Below are positions 10,428 through 20,869 of a DNA stretch of 63,436 nt, piece by piece. Numbering within the stretch: position 1 is the first letter of the stretch; each line of letters starts with the position of its first letter. The notes beneath the pieces were generated by a model. That model did no database searches. It had not been told where the DNA came from and was given only the letters and a program-made list of their open reading frames with translations. The position numbers and the translations under genes were made by a program. The stretch covers positions 8,884 through 72,319 of the forward strand of contig DCEG01000005.1 in the NCBI GenBank assembly GCA_002316835.1. Reading direction: 5' to 3'. The DNA comes from Bacteroidales bacterium UBA1035. Its GTDB lineage: Bacteria; Bacteroidota; Bacteroidia; Bacteroidales; Dysgonomonadaceae.

Positions 10428-12128
10428 ATGGCTCACGAAATTATAATGCCCAAAGCCGGAATAGACATGACCGAAGGGCAGATTGTAAAATGGTTGAAAA
10501 AAGAAGGCGACCCTGTAACCCAAGGTGAAATTATCCTCGAAATCATGACCGATAAAACCAGTATGGAACTTGAAGCGGAAGCATCGGGTGTACTGTTAAA
10601 AATACTCAGGCACGATGGAGATACTGTTCCCGTAACGGAGGTTATCGGTTATATCGGTCAGGAAGGCGAAGAAATTGTTCCGCAGGAAGTTGAAGAAGAA
10701 AAACCGGTGGAAGAAGATGTCGTGGATAAATCGATGACCAGACTCGAAGATTCCTACAATGTGATCGTTATCGGAGGAGGTCCGGCCGGATACGTTGCTG
10801 CAATTCGTGCTGCGCAACATGGTGCTAAAGTGGCCATTGTTGAGAAAAAAGAATTCGGAGGGACCTGTCTCAACTTAGGTTGTATCCCAACCAAAGCTTA
10901 CCTGAAAAGCGGTGAAATCATCGAAGGGATGAAAATGGCTGCGTCAAGAGGCATTGTTTTCGAGAGCACAAACTACAAAATAGATATGCCTAAAGTGGTG
11001 CAACACAAAAACACGGTAGTGAAAAAACTGACAAGTGGTGTTGAAGCGCTGCTGCGAAGCAACAAAGTAGATATTTTTAAGGGTGTTGCCAAGATCAATA
11101 AGAATAGAGACGTGGTAGTTGATGATTCCACAGTAATAAAAGGCGATAAAATTATTTTAGCCGGGGGTTCAAAAGTGTCCAGAATAAATATTCCGGGTAT
11201 CGAGAATCCAAATGTTCTTACAAGCGACGATCTATTGGCACTTGAGGTATTACCGGAAACTCTTGCAGTGATTGGTGGAGGAGTGATAGGAATAGAGATG
11301 GCGCAGGCATTTGAAGCACTTGGCACAAAAATTACCGTTATCGAAATGATGGATAGAATCATTCCGTCTGTTGATAACGAGGCGTCCGAATTATTGACAA
11401 AACTACTGAAAAAGAAAGGTGTAAAAATCATGACTTCTACCAAGATTACCGAAATTGCCGATAAGGCCGGTAGGGTAGAGGTGAAGACCGAAAACGGTGA
11501 ATCGGTTATTGCCGATAAGGTGTTGATTTCCATAGGACGTTTGCCCGATATGGAAGGAATGGGTGAAATCAAATTCGAGATGGAGCGCGGTAGAATTAAG
11601 GTTGACAAATATATGGAAACCAGTGTTAAAGGAATTTACGCACCGGGCGATGTCAACGCCATTAAAATGCTGGCGCATGTGGCATTCCGCATGGGTGAAG
11701 TAGCAGCCGATAATGCAGTGAAAGGTAACCATCGTGAACTGAAGTTGCATTCGGCTCCATCGGTAGTTTATACGCATCCCGAGGTGGCTATGGTTGGATT
11801 GACCGAAGAACAGGCTCGTGAAAAATACGATGTTCGTGTTGGTCGTTTCGATTTTGCTGCCAATGGGCGCGCCATGGCATCGGGTGACAATGTGGGTTTC
11901 GTGAAAGTCATTGCCGATAGTAAGTACGGCGAAATTATTGGTATACACATCGTTGGCCCTGCTGCTGCCGAAATAATTCAACAGGCTTCGTTGCTGATGG
12001 AAATGGAAATTACCGTTGACGAAGTCATCAAGACCATTTACGGACATCCTACCTACTCCGAAGCATTATTTGAAGCTTGTGCTGATGTATTGGGTGAAGC
12101 CGTGCATATAATCAAGAAGCAAAAATAG
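10428..12128 (+). CDS. lpdA: Dihydrolipoamide dehydrogenase E3 with N-terminal lipoyl domain
   Basis: Lipoyl motif EIMTDKTSME; GGGPAG; CLNLGC redox disulfide; HPTYSE. Confidence 0.93.
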   Translation: MAHEIIMPKAGIDMTEGQIVKWLKKEGDPVTQGEIILEIMTDKTSMELEAEASGVLLKILRHDGDTVPVTEVIGYIGQEGEEIVPQEVEEEKPVEEDVVDKSMTRLEDSYNVIVIGGGPAGYVAAIRAAQHGAKVAIVEKKEFGGTCLNLGCIPTKAYLKSGEIIEGMKMAASRGIVFESTNYKIDMPKVVQHKNTVVKKLTSGVEALLRSNKVDIFKGVAKINKNRDVVVDDSTVIKGDKIILAGGSKVSRINIPGIENPNVLTSDDLLALEVLPETLAVIGGGVIGIEMAQAFEALGTKITVIEMMDRIIPSVDNEASELLTKLLKKKGVKIMTSTKITEIADKAGRVEVKTENGESVIADKVLISIGRLPDMEGMGEIKFEMERGRIKVDKYMETSVKGIYAPGDVNAIKMLAHVAFRMGEVAADNAVKGNHRELKLHSAPSVVYTHPEVAMVGLTEEQAREKYDVRVGRFDFAANGRAMASGDNVGFVKVIADSKYGEIIGIHIVGPAAAEIIQQASLLMEMEITVDEVIKTIYGHPTYSEALFEACADVLGEAVHIIKKQK

Positions 12129-12153
12129 ATTTTGTTTAAGATTTAGATAAATG

Positions 12154-12189
12154 GAAACTACAAGATCATATTCTTGTAGTTTTCTTTTT
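12154..12189 (+). terminator. Rho-independent terminator after lpdA
   Basis: AAACTACAAGA-loop-TCTTGTAGTTT followed by T-run. Confidence 0.75.
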
Positions 12190-12385
12190 GTAATTTGGGC
12201 TTTTGTCCGTGGCAGTCAAGTCTGATTCGTATCAAATACCCGAGTCGTACCGAAGCGAAAACTTCGATTTATCAGGGGCTGTTTTAGAAGAAACTCAATT
12301 AATTGCGGCTGTGTAAAGGCGTGAAAACAGGAAAAATAAGCTAAGAGAGGGAAGAAAAAACGTTTATAAAATTCAAAATGATTTT

Positions 12386-14734
12386 TTAGTTTCTTATTGC
12401 AAATCCTATTTTGCTGCCGCCTATTCCTTCCAGCACATAAGAATAAGTTCTCACATTATCCGCCGTAAAAAACTCCACGGATGCTTTTCCTTCGGAATTG
12501 GTATTGGTAACAGGATTCCAATAGATGGTGGTTCGTAAATCGGGAGTTGTATTTTGTTTAACCTCGGGCTTATCATATTCAGGAATATAAAATTCTCTGC
12601 GAACACAATATCCTTCGGGTTTATAAACAACTAGTCCGGGAGTGGGAATTATTGAAGCAGACGATTCTGCGATATCCTTTGGAGATCTTGTTTTTAAAAT
12701 AAAAATACCTTGAGTAGGACCAACCTCTCCCAAGGAACCCCACATACTCGCACCCGTTCTGGAAACCAATTCAATGGACTCGAAGAATGAAGCGGGAGTA
12801 GTTTCCAGATACTTTATCCAAAAACTATCCATGGTATCTATTCTTACTCCGTCCAGCATCAACATAACCGGCTCTTTCCCCAATCTCCTCATCTCATAAA
12901 TAACCATATTTCCATCGTTTATATCCTCCATACTCAACTTTTTACTGAACATATTTCTCCAAACCATATCCTGTTTTTTCTGTTCCTGTCTTTTATCTAC
13001 CACTTCCACTTCAGGCAAATCAATTGTCCACAAATTCTCATCGTATTTTTTCTGAAGAATGGCCTGTTCTATAAAAGCAATGGTAGGGTTTTCTGACGAT
13101 ATAGGCAAAGATGAAAAACGGACTAAAGGAACCGAGGATAATACGGATTTATTATCCGGTTTATCCAATTTCAAATCCAACAATATTCTGCTATTACGCC
13201 TGTTTCTTCCTTGCAAGACTATAACAGTAGTATCGGGATTGTTGAAACCGATAAAACCGAAACGTCCATTACTGTTAGTTACTGCTGATTCGGGTAAATC
13301 AGTTTTCACATTGGAGAGCATTAACACAGTTCCATTTCTGACAGGCCTACCCAAAGCATTCACCAACTGCCCCGTGACTTTAAATTCATCTTCAGCCTGA
13401 TAAACCGGAAGAGAGTGATCCGTTTTTATTTCTTCCCACGAATATCTGCTCCATCCCTGCGTGCAAAGCAATATATCAAGTGCTTCTTTTCGTTCCGGTT
13501 CATCACCGTTGAAAAACCAACCCGGATTTTCGATATAGCCTTTTAAATCTGATTCTAACAATAATGATCCCTTTATATTTAACCGGTTAACAGATGGAGT
13601 AACCACCTTATCATCCGTTACAGATAACGAAAAACTGCCTTTAACCGGCTTACCTTCCTTATCTTTTACCTGAATGTCTACTTTCGCTTTTTCCCTATCA
13701 CCGTATTTTTCTTTTTCCGGTATAATCTGTATATTAAGATCGTCGTTTCTATCGATAAAAATCAATCTTTCACTGACAGGTAACCCACCCTTGAAAAGTG
13801 TAAATTGAGCTATACCGGTAGGAAATTTATCTTTAGGTACGGCAATACGCTCTTGTTTCGTTTTTAAAACTCCTTGCAACGCATAACAAACGGTCTGCCG
13901 GCTTTGTCCTATAATTGAAACCGGTTCAGGATTTCCATTTGCCGATTTAACAATAAGAAAAACTGTATCCGTTGATTGGGTTGCAGAGATTACCAGTCCA
14001 TCTTCCGTTGTTTTTGGCAGCGTGTATTGCTTTTGTATGCCTTTTGATGTTGTTGTAATTTTATAAGTACGATTCGTTTGCGGAACAAAAGAAAATTTTC
14101 CCATTCCCAAATGTGTACTCGCAAATTCAAGCAAAATATTTCCTGCATCGTCTGTAAGTACACCTGTAACATCTATACCGAAACCATCATTTCCCAGTGC
14201 TTTAAACGCAACCCTGTTCTCCGCATTGGCTATCAAATGACCTCCTTCAGGGAAAAAAACCACCTGATAATCAAAAATGCTTTCAGATGATTCGCCTTTT
14301 TCGGTATCGTTGCCGATGAAAATATCCCTGTGAAAAAAATAATCTTCACCGGCATTTCGCATCCAATTGGTATAAGCCCGCAAATGATAATTAGCCGCAG
14401 GAAGTGAATCAGGCAAATGAATTTGTCCTGCGAACTCTCTTTTATCGGAATGCAGCAATATCCTTTTTACAGGCCGTTTTTGAACATCGGACAACTCTAC
14501 ATAAATAATCCGGCTCACTACATTGGTGTCCAAATGGGCATTGGTTAGATAAGCTCGCAAGTATATAAACTCACCGGCAGCGTAATAAGGTTTATCTAAA
14601 TGAAGATAAATCTTTTCAATAGGCCGAACGTTATTATAATCATTAAAATTTGAAATGTTGATGCTTGTTTCCTGTGAATAGCAAAAAATGAAACTTAGCA
14701 GAACAAGAGAGATTAAATTTAGACGTTTATGCAT
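12386..14734 (-). CDS. Secreted MG2/macroglobulin-like domain protein with plug-like C-terminal region (Bacteroidetes family)
   Basis: Signal peptide; EKIYLHLDKPYY, FFPEGG, LLCTQGW and DLRTTIYWNP family motifs. Confidence 0.7.
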   Translation of the reverse strand: MHKRLNLISLVLLSFIFCYSQETSINISNFNDYNNVRPIEKIYLHLDKPYYAAGEFIYLRAYLTNAHLDTNVVSRIIYVELSDVQKRPVKRILLHSDKREFAGQIHLPDSLPAANYHLRAYTNWMRNAGEDYFFHRDIFIGNDTEKGESSESIFDYQVVFFPEGGHLIANAENRVAFKALGNDGFGIDVTGVLTDDAGNILLEFASTHLGMGKFSFVPQTNRTYKITTTSKGIQKQYTLPKTTEDGLVISATQSTDTVFLIVKSANGNPEPVSIIGQSRQTVCYALQGVLKTKQERIAVPKDKFPTGIAQFTLFKGGLPVSERLIFIDRNDDLNIQIIPEKEKYGDREKAKVDIQVKDKEGKPVKGSFSLSVTDDKVVTPSVNRLNIKGSLLLESDLKGYIENPGWFFNGDEPERKEALDILLCTQGWSRYSWEEIKTDHSLPVYQAEDEFKVTGQLVNALGRPVRNGTVLMLSNVKTDLPESAVTNSNGRFGFIGFNNPDTTVIVLQGRNRRNSRILLDLKLDKPDNKSVLSSVPLVRFSSLPISSENPTIAFIEQAILQKKYDENLWTIDLPEVEVVDKRQEQKKQDMVWRNMFSKKLSMEDINDGNMVIYEMRRLGKEPVMLMLDGVRIDTMDSFWIKYLETTPASFFESIELVSRTGASMWGSLGEVGPTQGIFILKTRSPKDIAESSASIIPTPGLVVYKPEGYCVRREFYIPEYDKPEVKQNTTPDLRTTIYWNPVTNTNSEGKASVEFFTADNVRTYSYVLEGIGGSKIGFAIRN

Positions 14735-14988
14735 GGCGGCTCATGTAAGTCAAAGATTATAATACAAATGTAATACTTTTTTAAAAAAAGAATAAAAAAT
14801 GTTTCAATATTTTAAATGCAAATAAATAAATTCATATTTCTGTTCTCAAATGATAAATTATTAGCATCTTTTTACTGTGCCTTTGCAACTCATTCATTTC
14901 TAATATCATAAATAATAACCTACGATGAATATAATGATATAGTAAAATTTATCATTGTGTATATTATATGAAAATTAATTAAATTTAG

Positions 14989-15017
14989 TCGACGAAAATG
15001 CCTTTAATATCGACGAA
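14989..15017 (+). promoter_or_regulatory. Putative activator site: TCGACGAA direct repeat with 21-bp period
   Basis: TCGACGAA at 14989 and 15010, ~30 bp upstream of the susC -33 box. Confidence 0.55.
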
Positions 15018-15047
15018 TGGATTTTATTTGGAAAAAAACATGAATAT

Positions 15048-15078
15048 TTTGTAAATTATGTTTTTTATTATACCTTTG
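15048..15078 (+). promoter_or_regulatory. Bacteroidetes sigma-70 promoter of susC
   Basis: TTTG, 19-nt spacer, TACCTTTG. Confidence 0.7.
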
Positions 15079-15227
15079 GCAAATGATTTATTACTTTGAG
15101 AAATGATTTTACCATTTTAAAAAGACTATTTGTTTGACTATCTATCTAGGTTCATTGAGAGTTGAGAATTTCACATATTTAATCGATCAATTCTATTTTT
15201 ATTTATTAACTATTAATCATTGTTTTT

Positions 15228-18200
15228 ATGCAAAAAGAAAAACATTTGTTTTGGAGGTTGAGAAAGATTCTGTTTCTTTCCCTCTTCTTGGTGATGAGTG
15301 TGAACATGATGTTTGCACAAGTACGCATTACAGGAACTGTGACCGATGCAGGCGGAGGCCCGCTTATTGGGGTTAACGTAATTGAAAGAGGCACAGTAAA
15401 CGGTACAATTACCGATATTGACGGTAATTTTACCTTAAATGTTGCCTCAACTAACTCTGTATTGGTATTTTCTTATGTAGGTTTTACTACACAAGAAGTT
15501 CCTGTTGGCAACAATACCAGACTAACAGTTGTATTGGCTGAAGATTCAGAAACTTTACAAGAAGTAGTTGTTGTAGGTTACGGTACCCAGGCCAAGAAAG
15601 ACATTACCGGATCGGTGGCTGTAGTAAACACAGAAGAATTGTTGGCTTCAACCGGTTCTTCGGCAACTCAGCAATTGCAAGGAAAAACCCCGGGTGTTTA
15701 TATCGGACAGACCGGTTCTCCGGGTTCTGCTACCATGGTTCGTATTCGTGGGGTAAATACTGTGAATGATAACGGACCGTTATACGTAATTGACGGAGTA
15801 GCCACGCGTAACCAAAACTTAAGCAGTTTGAACCCGAATGACATTGAAAGTATGCAGGTACTGAAAGATGCTTCATCTGCTGCTATTTACGGTGCTCAGG
15901 CAGCTAACGGTGTTATTTTGATCACCACAAAAAAAGGAACACGTGGTGGACAACCTAAATTAACCTATGATGCTTATTATGGTATTCAAAAAACTACCAA
16001 AAGGTACGATTTGACTAATTCAATGGAAAGGTTGGCAATAGAGTGGGAATCTCAGGAAAATGCTCTGGTGCTGCGTGATGCTAAGTTTGATCCTGAAACA
16101 GGAAAAGAAAGGTTCCCTTCTCATGCTCAATTTGGAACAGGGGCATCACCCATTATTCCTAATTATTTAACTACCGGTGGAGCTGGCGGTAACCAGAATA
16201 TTGATATAAAGAACTACGCATTCCCAAACAATCAGATGGTTCGTTTTTCCGATACCGATTGGTGGGAAGAAATAGATCGTACAGCGCCTATTCAAAATCA
16301 CCAGTTAACATTATCGGGAGGTAACAACAAAGGACAATATTTACTGGGTTTAAACTATTTCGACCAGAAAGGAACAGTTATCTATTCATACTACAAGCGT
16401 TATCAAACGCGTATGAACACATCGTTTGATTTGCGTGACTGGTTTCGGGTAGGAGAAAACCTCCAGTTCACTTATTCAAAAGATCAAGGATTAACCAGTA
16501 ACTCTTCCGAAAGTACACCATATTCATGGGTTTATCGTTCTTCACCCTGGGTTCCGGTTAAGGATGAGTTTGGAAACTGGGGAGGTTCAAAAATAACTGG
16601 TACCGGCAACTGGATAAACGAAGTAGCTAATCTATACCGTGGTAAAGATGGTCATTGGGTAAATACCCGTATTTTTGGTAACGTATGGGCAGAAGTTGAC
16701 TTTATTAAAAACAGAGAATTAACTTATCGTACAAGCTTCGGTCTTGATTATACCAATTTCTGGGGATATTATATGAGTAAGAAAAACCTTGAATTCTCAG
16801 AAAGTCCGGGTAATAATTTCTTTAACGAAGAGGCCAGCAGCGGTTACAATTTGCAATGGCAAAACACACTGACTTACACTAAAAGGTTTGAGGATGTTCA
16901 TTCGTTGACCGTACTTTTGGGTACTGATGCTCTTAGAGGCGGTTTGGGAAGAAATTTACGCGGTAGAAGATACAATTATTTGTTCGAAGACAATATCAAT
17001 ACTTGGACACTGCAAATGGGTGAAAACAATACCCAGCGCGAAACAGAATCGTGGTATTGGGGAGAAACAGCCTTATTTGGTGTTTTCGGTCGTGTAGATT
17101 ATGGTTATGCGGATAAATACCTGTTTACTGGTATTGTTCGTCGTGACGGCGCTTCCCGTTTTGGTCAGAAATACCGTTACGGTACTTTCCCATCCGCTTC
17201 TTTCGGATGGCGCGTTTCACAGGAGCCGTTTATGGAAGGAACACGCGACTGGCTGGATGACTTGAAATTGCGTGTAGGTTACGGATTGACCGGTAACTCG
17301 GAAATCCCTCGCGCTACTAACTTTGCCATGCTCTTTACTACAACTCCGGCCTTAACAAATTATGACCTTGCCGGAGCCAATACCGGAACAACTCCCGGGT
17401 ATCGTTTAGCTACGTATGGTAACGAGGAAACCCGCTGGGAGGCAACCAAAATGACCAATCTTGGTTTGGATGCAACTTTTGGAGGTGGACGCTTTAATAC
17501 CACTTTCGAGGTGTATAATAAAATAACCTCCGATATGCTTATTACTGCTGCTTATTCAAATCTGGCAGGAGAACCGGGTGCTCCTTATATCAATTATGGA
17601 GACATGCAGAATAAAGGTTTTGATTTCAGCATCAATTATCGCGATCAAATAGGTGATTTCGGCTGGGATCTGGGATTAAATCTTTCCGCCTATAAAAATG
17701 AAGTATTAAAACTTGCTGCTTCTGACGATTATGCTATCTATGGAAATGGATACAGGTTATCAACAGCTGCGACCAGAACTATGAAAGGCCTTCCCATTTC
17801 GCATTTCTGGGGCTATAACGTAATAGGATTTTACGAAAACGAACAAGATGTTTTGAGTTCACCGGTACCATACGGCACAACTGCAACTGCATTGAAAGAT
17901 CCAAAAGTGCAGGGATCGTATGTAGGTAAATTTAAGTTCGAAGATGTGAGTGGCCCGGATGGAGTACCCGATGGCAAAATCGATGGTAACGACCGTACCA
18001 TGATCGGTAATCCTCACCCCGATCTGATGGCAGGCTTTAATGCCACATTGACCTACAAAAACTGGGATATGACTATGTTCTGGTATTCTACCATCGGAAA
18101 CGAATTATTCAACAATCCCAAGTATTTTACAGACTTCCCGTTGTTTGGTGGTAACCGTTCGGCTACCATGCGCGACTATTCTTGGGAACCGGGTAAAACC

Positions 18201-18536
18201 AATGCCAAGTTGCCGATCCTTGACTCTCAGGACAACTGGGGTGGTGCAGTTTCGTCATCATATTATGTAGAAGACGGTTCTTTCCTGAAGTTGAAAAATC
18301 TGGTGATCGGATACACTTTGCCCAAGGAATTAATACAAAAAGCAACAATTTCAAACTTACGTTTGTATATTCAGGCAGAAAATCTGCTTACATTTACCAA
18401 GTACAGCGGTCTAGACCCTGAAATTACTAATATGGAAACAGGTGCTGGTAGTGGTGCAGACTTGAGAAGAGGTCTAGATGCCGGTGGATGGCCAACAACC
18501 ATGCGTCTTCTTTTTGGGGTAAACTTTGCATTTTAA
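15228..18536 (+). CDS. susC: SusC/RagA TonB-dependent transporter
   Basis: LQEVVVVGYG, LKDASSAAIYGAQAANGVILITTK plug signature, C-terminal F. Confidence 0.95.
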   Translation: MQKEKHLFWRLRKILFLSLFLVMSVNMMFAQVRITGTVTDAGGGPLIGVNVIERGTVNGTITDIDGNFTLNVASTNSVLVFSYVGFTTQEVPVGNNTRLTVVLAEDSETLQEVVVVGYGTQAKKDITGSVAVVNTEELLASTGSSATQQLQGKTPGVYIGQTGSPGSATMVRIRGVNTVNDNGPLYVIDGVATRNQNLSSLNPNDIESMQVLKDASSAAIYGAQAANGVILITTKKGTRGGQPKLTYDAYYGIQKTTKRYDLTNSMERLAIEWESQENALVLRDAKFDPETGKERFPSHAQFGTGASPIIPNYLTTGGAGGNQNIDIKNYAFPNNQMVRFSDTDWWEEIDRTAPIQNHQLTLSGGNNKGQYLLGLNYFDQKGTVIYSYYKRYQTRMNTSFDLRDWFRVGENLQFTYSKDQGLTSNSSESTPYSWVYRSSPWVPVKDEFGNWGGSKITGTGNWINEVANLYRGKDGHWVNTRIFGNVWAEVDFIKNRELTYRTSFGLDYTNFWGYYMSKKNLEFSESPGNNFFNEEASSGYNLQWQNTLTYTKRFEDVHSLTVLLGTDALRGGLGRNLRGRRYNYLFEDNINTWTLQMGENNTQRETESWYWGETALFGVFGRVDYGYADKYLFTGIVRRDGASRFGQKYRYGTFPSASFGWRVSQEPFMEGTRDWLDDLKLRVGYGLTGNSEIPRATNFAMLFTTTPALTNYDLAGANTGTTPGYRLATYGNEETRWEATKMTNLGLDATFGGGRFNTTFEVYNKITSDMLITAAYSNLAGEPGAPYINYGDMQNKGFDFSINYRDQIGDFGWDLGLNLSAYKNEVLKLAASDDYAIYGNGYRLSTAATRTMKGLPISHFWGYNVIGFYENEQDVLSSPVPYGTTATALKDPKVQGSYVGKFKFEDVSGPDGVPDGKIDGNDRTMIGNPHPDLMAGFNATLTYKNWDMTMFWYSTIGNELFNNPKYFTDFPLFGGNRSATMRDYSWEPGKTNAKLPILDSQDNWGGAVSSSYYVEDGSFLKLKNLVIGYTLPKELIQKATISNLRLYIQAENLLTFTKYSGLDPEITNMETGAGSGADLRRGLDAGGWPTTMRLLFGVNFAF

Positions 18537-18556
18537 TCTTATTAAAAAACAAAAAT

Positions 18557-20308
18557 ATGAAACATAAAAATATATTATTATTGCTCATAGTTTCAGCGTT
18601 TGTTATGCTGAGTTCCTGCGGGGAAGATTTCCTGTACAAAGCTCCGCAAGGAAGTATTGATCAGGCAGCATTGATGAATCAAACTGGTATTAACCTGTTG
18701 ACAACCGCTGCTTACGCAAATATGACTGAAAACAACTGGGGTGCCACTCCTTTTAACTGGACGTTTGGGAGTATGTATGGTGGCGATGCCAATAAAGGTT
18801 CCGATGCAAACGACCAGTCTGTATTGAACACGATGGAAACCTATAACATATTGCCTACCAATGGGTATATCGGTGAAAAATACCAATGGGTATATAAAGG
18901 GGCCAAACGTATAAATATTGCTCTCCAAACACTTGCGGCGACCGAAGGATTGCCGGAAGCTTTTACAAAATCCAGAAACGGCGAAATGCATTTTCTGCGT
19001 GCATTGTATTATTTCGAGGGAATTAAAGTTTTTGGTCCGTTTATCCCTTGGGTAGATGAAACTAATACAGAAAATAATCCTCTTATTCATAACGATATAG
19101 ATATTTATCCTAAGGTAATAGCTGATGTTGATTTTGCCATTGCTAATCTGCCGGAAAAACAGGATTTGCCGGGTAGAGCCAATTCATGGGCTGCCAAAGC
19201 GTTGAAAGCTAAAATATTGATGCAAAAAGGTGACCTTGCTGCAGCTGAACCCATTCTCAAAGATGTTATAGATAACGGAATGACGGCCAATGGTAAAAAA
19301 TATGGTTTGGAAGATGATATGAATGCTAATTTCGACAGTTTTCGCGATAACGGAAAGGAATCGATTTTTGCGGCACAATTTTCTCATGATTACAATAATG
19401 CGAATTCCGGCTGGTCTCTTAACTATCCTCACGGAGGAGCAGGTTCACCCGGTGGATGCTGCGGTTTCTATCAACCCTCCAATGAATTGGCAAACTCTTT
19501 TAAAGTAGATGCAAGCGGATTACCTTTGCTGGATAATTCGTACAGAAATGCACCCTTTGTTACAGTTAAAAATACATCAACTGCGGAAGGTGCACCTTTG
19601 TCTTTAAACAACACTATGCCGGTTGATCCGCGAATTGATTTTGCTATCGGACGTTTCGGAATTCCATATAAGGATTGGGGACTTCCAAAAAATAACTGGG
19701 TACGCGATGTTGGAAACGGTGGTTTTTATATGCCTAAAAAACATGTTTATACCAAAAAAGAACAGGATGCCGGATTAGCCAGTGGAGGAATTCACGATGG
19801 TTGGGCTCCCGGCTCGGCTATTAACCTGCAGTATCTGAGTCTCCGCGATATAATCTTAATGTATGCTGAATGTTTGGCTAACAGAAACGATTTGACCGGA
19901 GCGATGACACAAGTGAATAAAATCCGTACCCGTGCTGCTCTACCGGTTAATGTTGTAATGCTGGACGGAGCTCCCGCCGCAAATTATAAAATTTCTGTCT
20001 ATCCTACAACACATGCTGCTTTTACCAACAAGGATATGTGTATTAAAGCTATTCGTATGGAACGCAAACTGGAACTTGCACTGGAGGGATTGCGTTGGTT
20101 CGATTTGGTTCGCTGGGGTGGTGATTACATGACTAAGGAGTTAGGAGATTACATTCATTTTGAATCTCAATTCTTAGTTAAATTTGCAACGGCTTCTGTT
20201 CTGCCCGCAGCAAAAACAATGTTCCCGTTACCTGACGGTCAAGTACAAACCATGGGTGTTGACGAAAACGGTAAACCGTACCTGGAACAACCTGCTCCAT
20301 GGAAATAG
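18557..20308 (+). CDS. susD: SusD/RagB lipoprotein
   Basis: Lipobox LSSC; ERKLELALEGLRWFDLVRW motif; follows susC. Confidence 0.93.
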   Translation: MKHKNILLLLIVSAFVMLSSCGEDFLYKAPQGSIDQAALMNQTGINLLTTAAYANMTENNWGATPFNWTFGSMYGGDANKGSDANDQSVLNTMETYNILPTNGYIGEKYQWVYKGAKRINIALQTLAATEGLPEAFTKSRNGEMHFLRALYYFEGIKVFGPFIPWVDETNTENNPLIHNDIDIYPKVIADVDFAIANLPEKQDLPGRANSWAAKALKAKILMQKGDLAAAEPILKDVIDNGMTANGKKYGLEDDMNANFDSFRDNGKESIFAAQFSHDYNNANSGWSLNYPHGGAGSPGGCCGFYQPSNELANSFKVDASGLPLLDNSYRNAPFVTVKNTSTAEGAPLSLNNTMPVDPRIDFAIGRFGIPYKDWGLPKNNWVRDVGNGGFYMPKKHVYTKKEQDAGLASGGIHDGWAPGSAINLQYLSLRDIILMYAECLANRNDLTGAMTQVNKIRTRAALPVNVVMLDGAPAANYKISVYPTTHAAFTNKDMCIKAIRMERKLELALEGLRWFDLVRWGGDYMTKELGDYIHFESQFLVKFATASVLPAAKTMFPLPDGQVQTMGVDENGKPYLEQPAPWK

Positions 20309-20330
20309 ACGAGTAATATCATTATAAATA

Positions 20331-20359
20331 ATAAAAGGGAGGCTTACCCTCCCTTTTAT
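20331..20359 (+). terminator. Rho-independent terminator after susD
   Basis: ATAAAAGGGAGG-CTTAC-CCTCCCTTTTAT. Confidence 0.8.
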
Positions 20360-20373
20360 ATTATTTTTCGGTT

Positions 20374-20868
20374 ATGATTAAAAACAAATTCTTTTTTTCT
20401 TTTTTACTGGTATTCTTACTTGTTGGATGTAAGAATAGTTCTGAATTAAAAAACTTTACTTACAAATATAGTATGGAGAGTGTTGGAAATTTTAAAGTAG
20501 AATTTGAAATAACTCCTGATTCGACATACAAAATTGTTCAAAATGATTATTTTTTCGACAAATTCGAGGGAGTAAGTCGCCCCATTAATAATGAAGGTGT
20601 TTTAACTGAATCGGAATTTGATAAATTCAGTGAATTGTTGAATAGCAGCAATATCTATGAGATGAAAGATTCTTACGGCTTTAGTGATGATGCAAACGCT
20701 GATAACTCCATTTTATACATTGTTGAGTTGGCCCAGAACGGAAAGAGTAAGTTCGTTTCGGTGAATGCTGATACACAACAAGATTTTTCAAAAGGATTTA
20801 TCGAACTTATACAATTCACCAACGAGTTTATAAATGCGAATCTGGAAAAAGATACACCTGAAGTTTGA
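20374..20868 (+). CDS. Hypothetical lipoprotein
   Basis: Lipobox LVGC; acidic 164-aa ORF. Confidence 0.7.
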   Translation: MIKNKFFFSFLLVFLLVGCKNSSELKNFTYKYSMESVGNFKVEFEITPDSTYKIVQNDYFFDKFEGVSRPINNEGVLTESEFDKFSELLNSSNIYEMKDSYGFSDDANADNSILYIVELAQNGKSKFVSVNADTQQDFSKGFIELIQFTNEFINANLEKDTPEV

Positions 20869-20869
20869 A

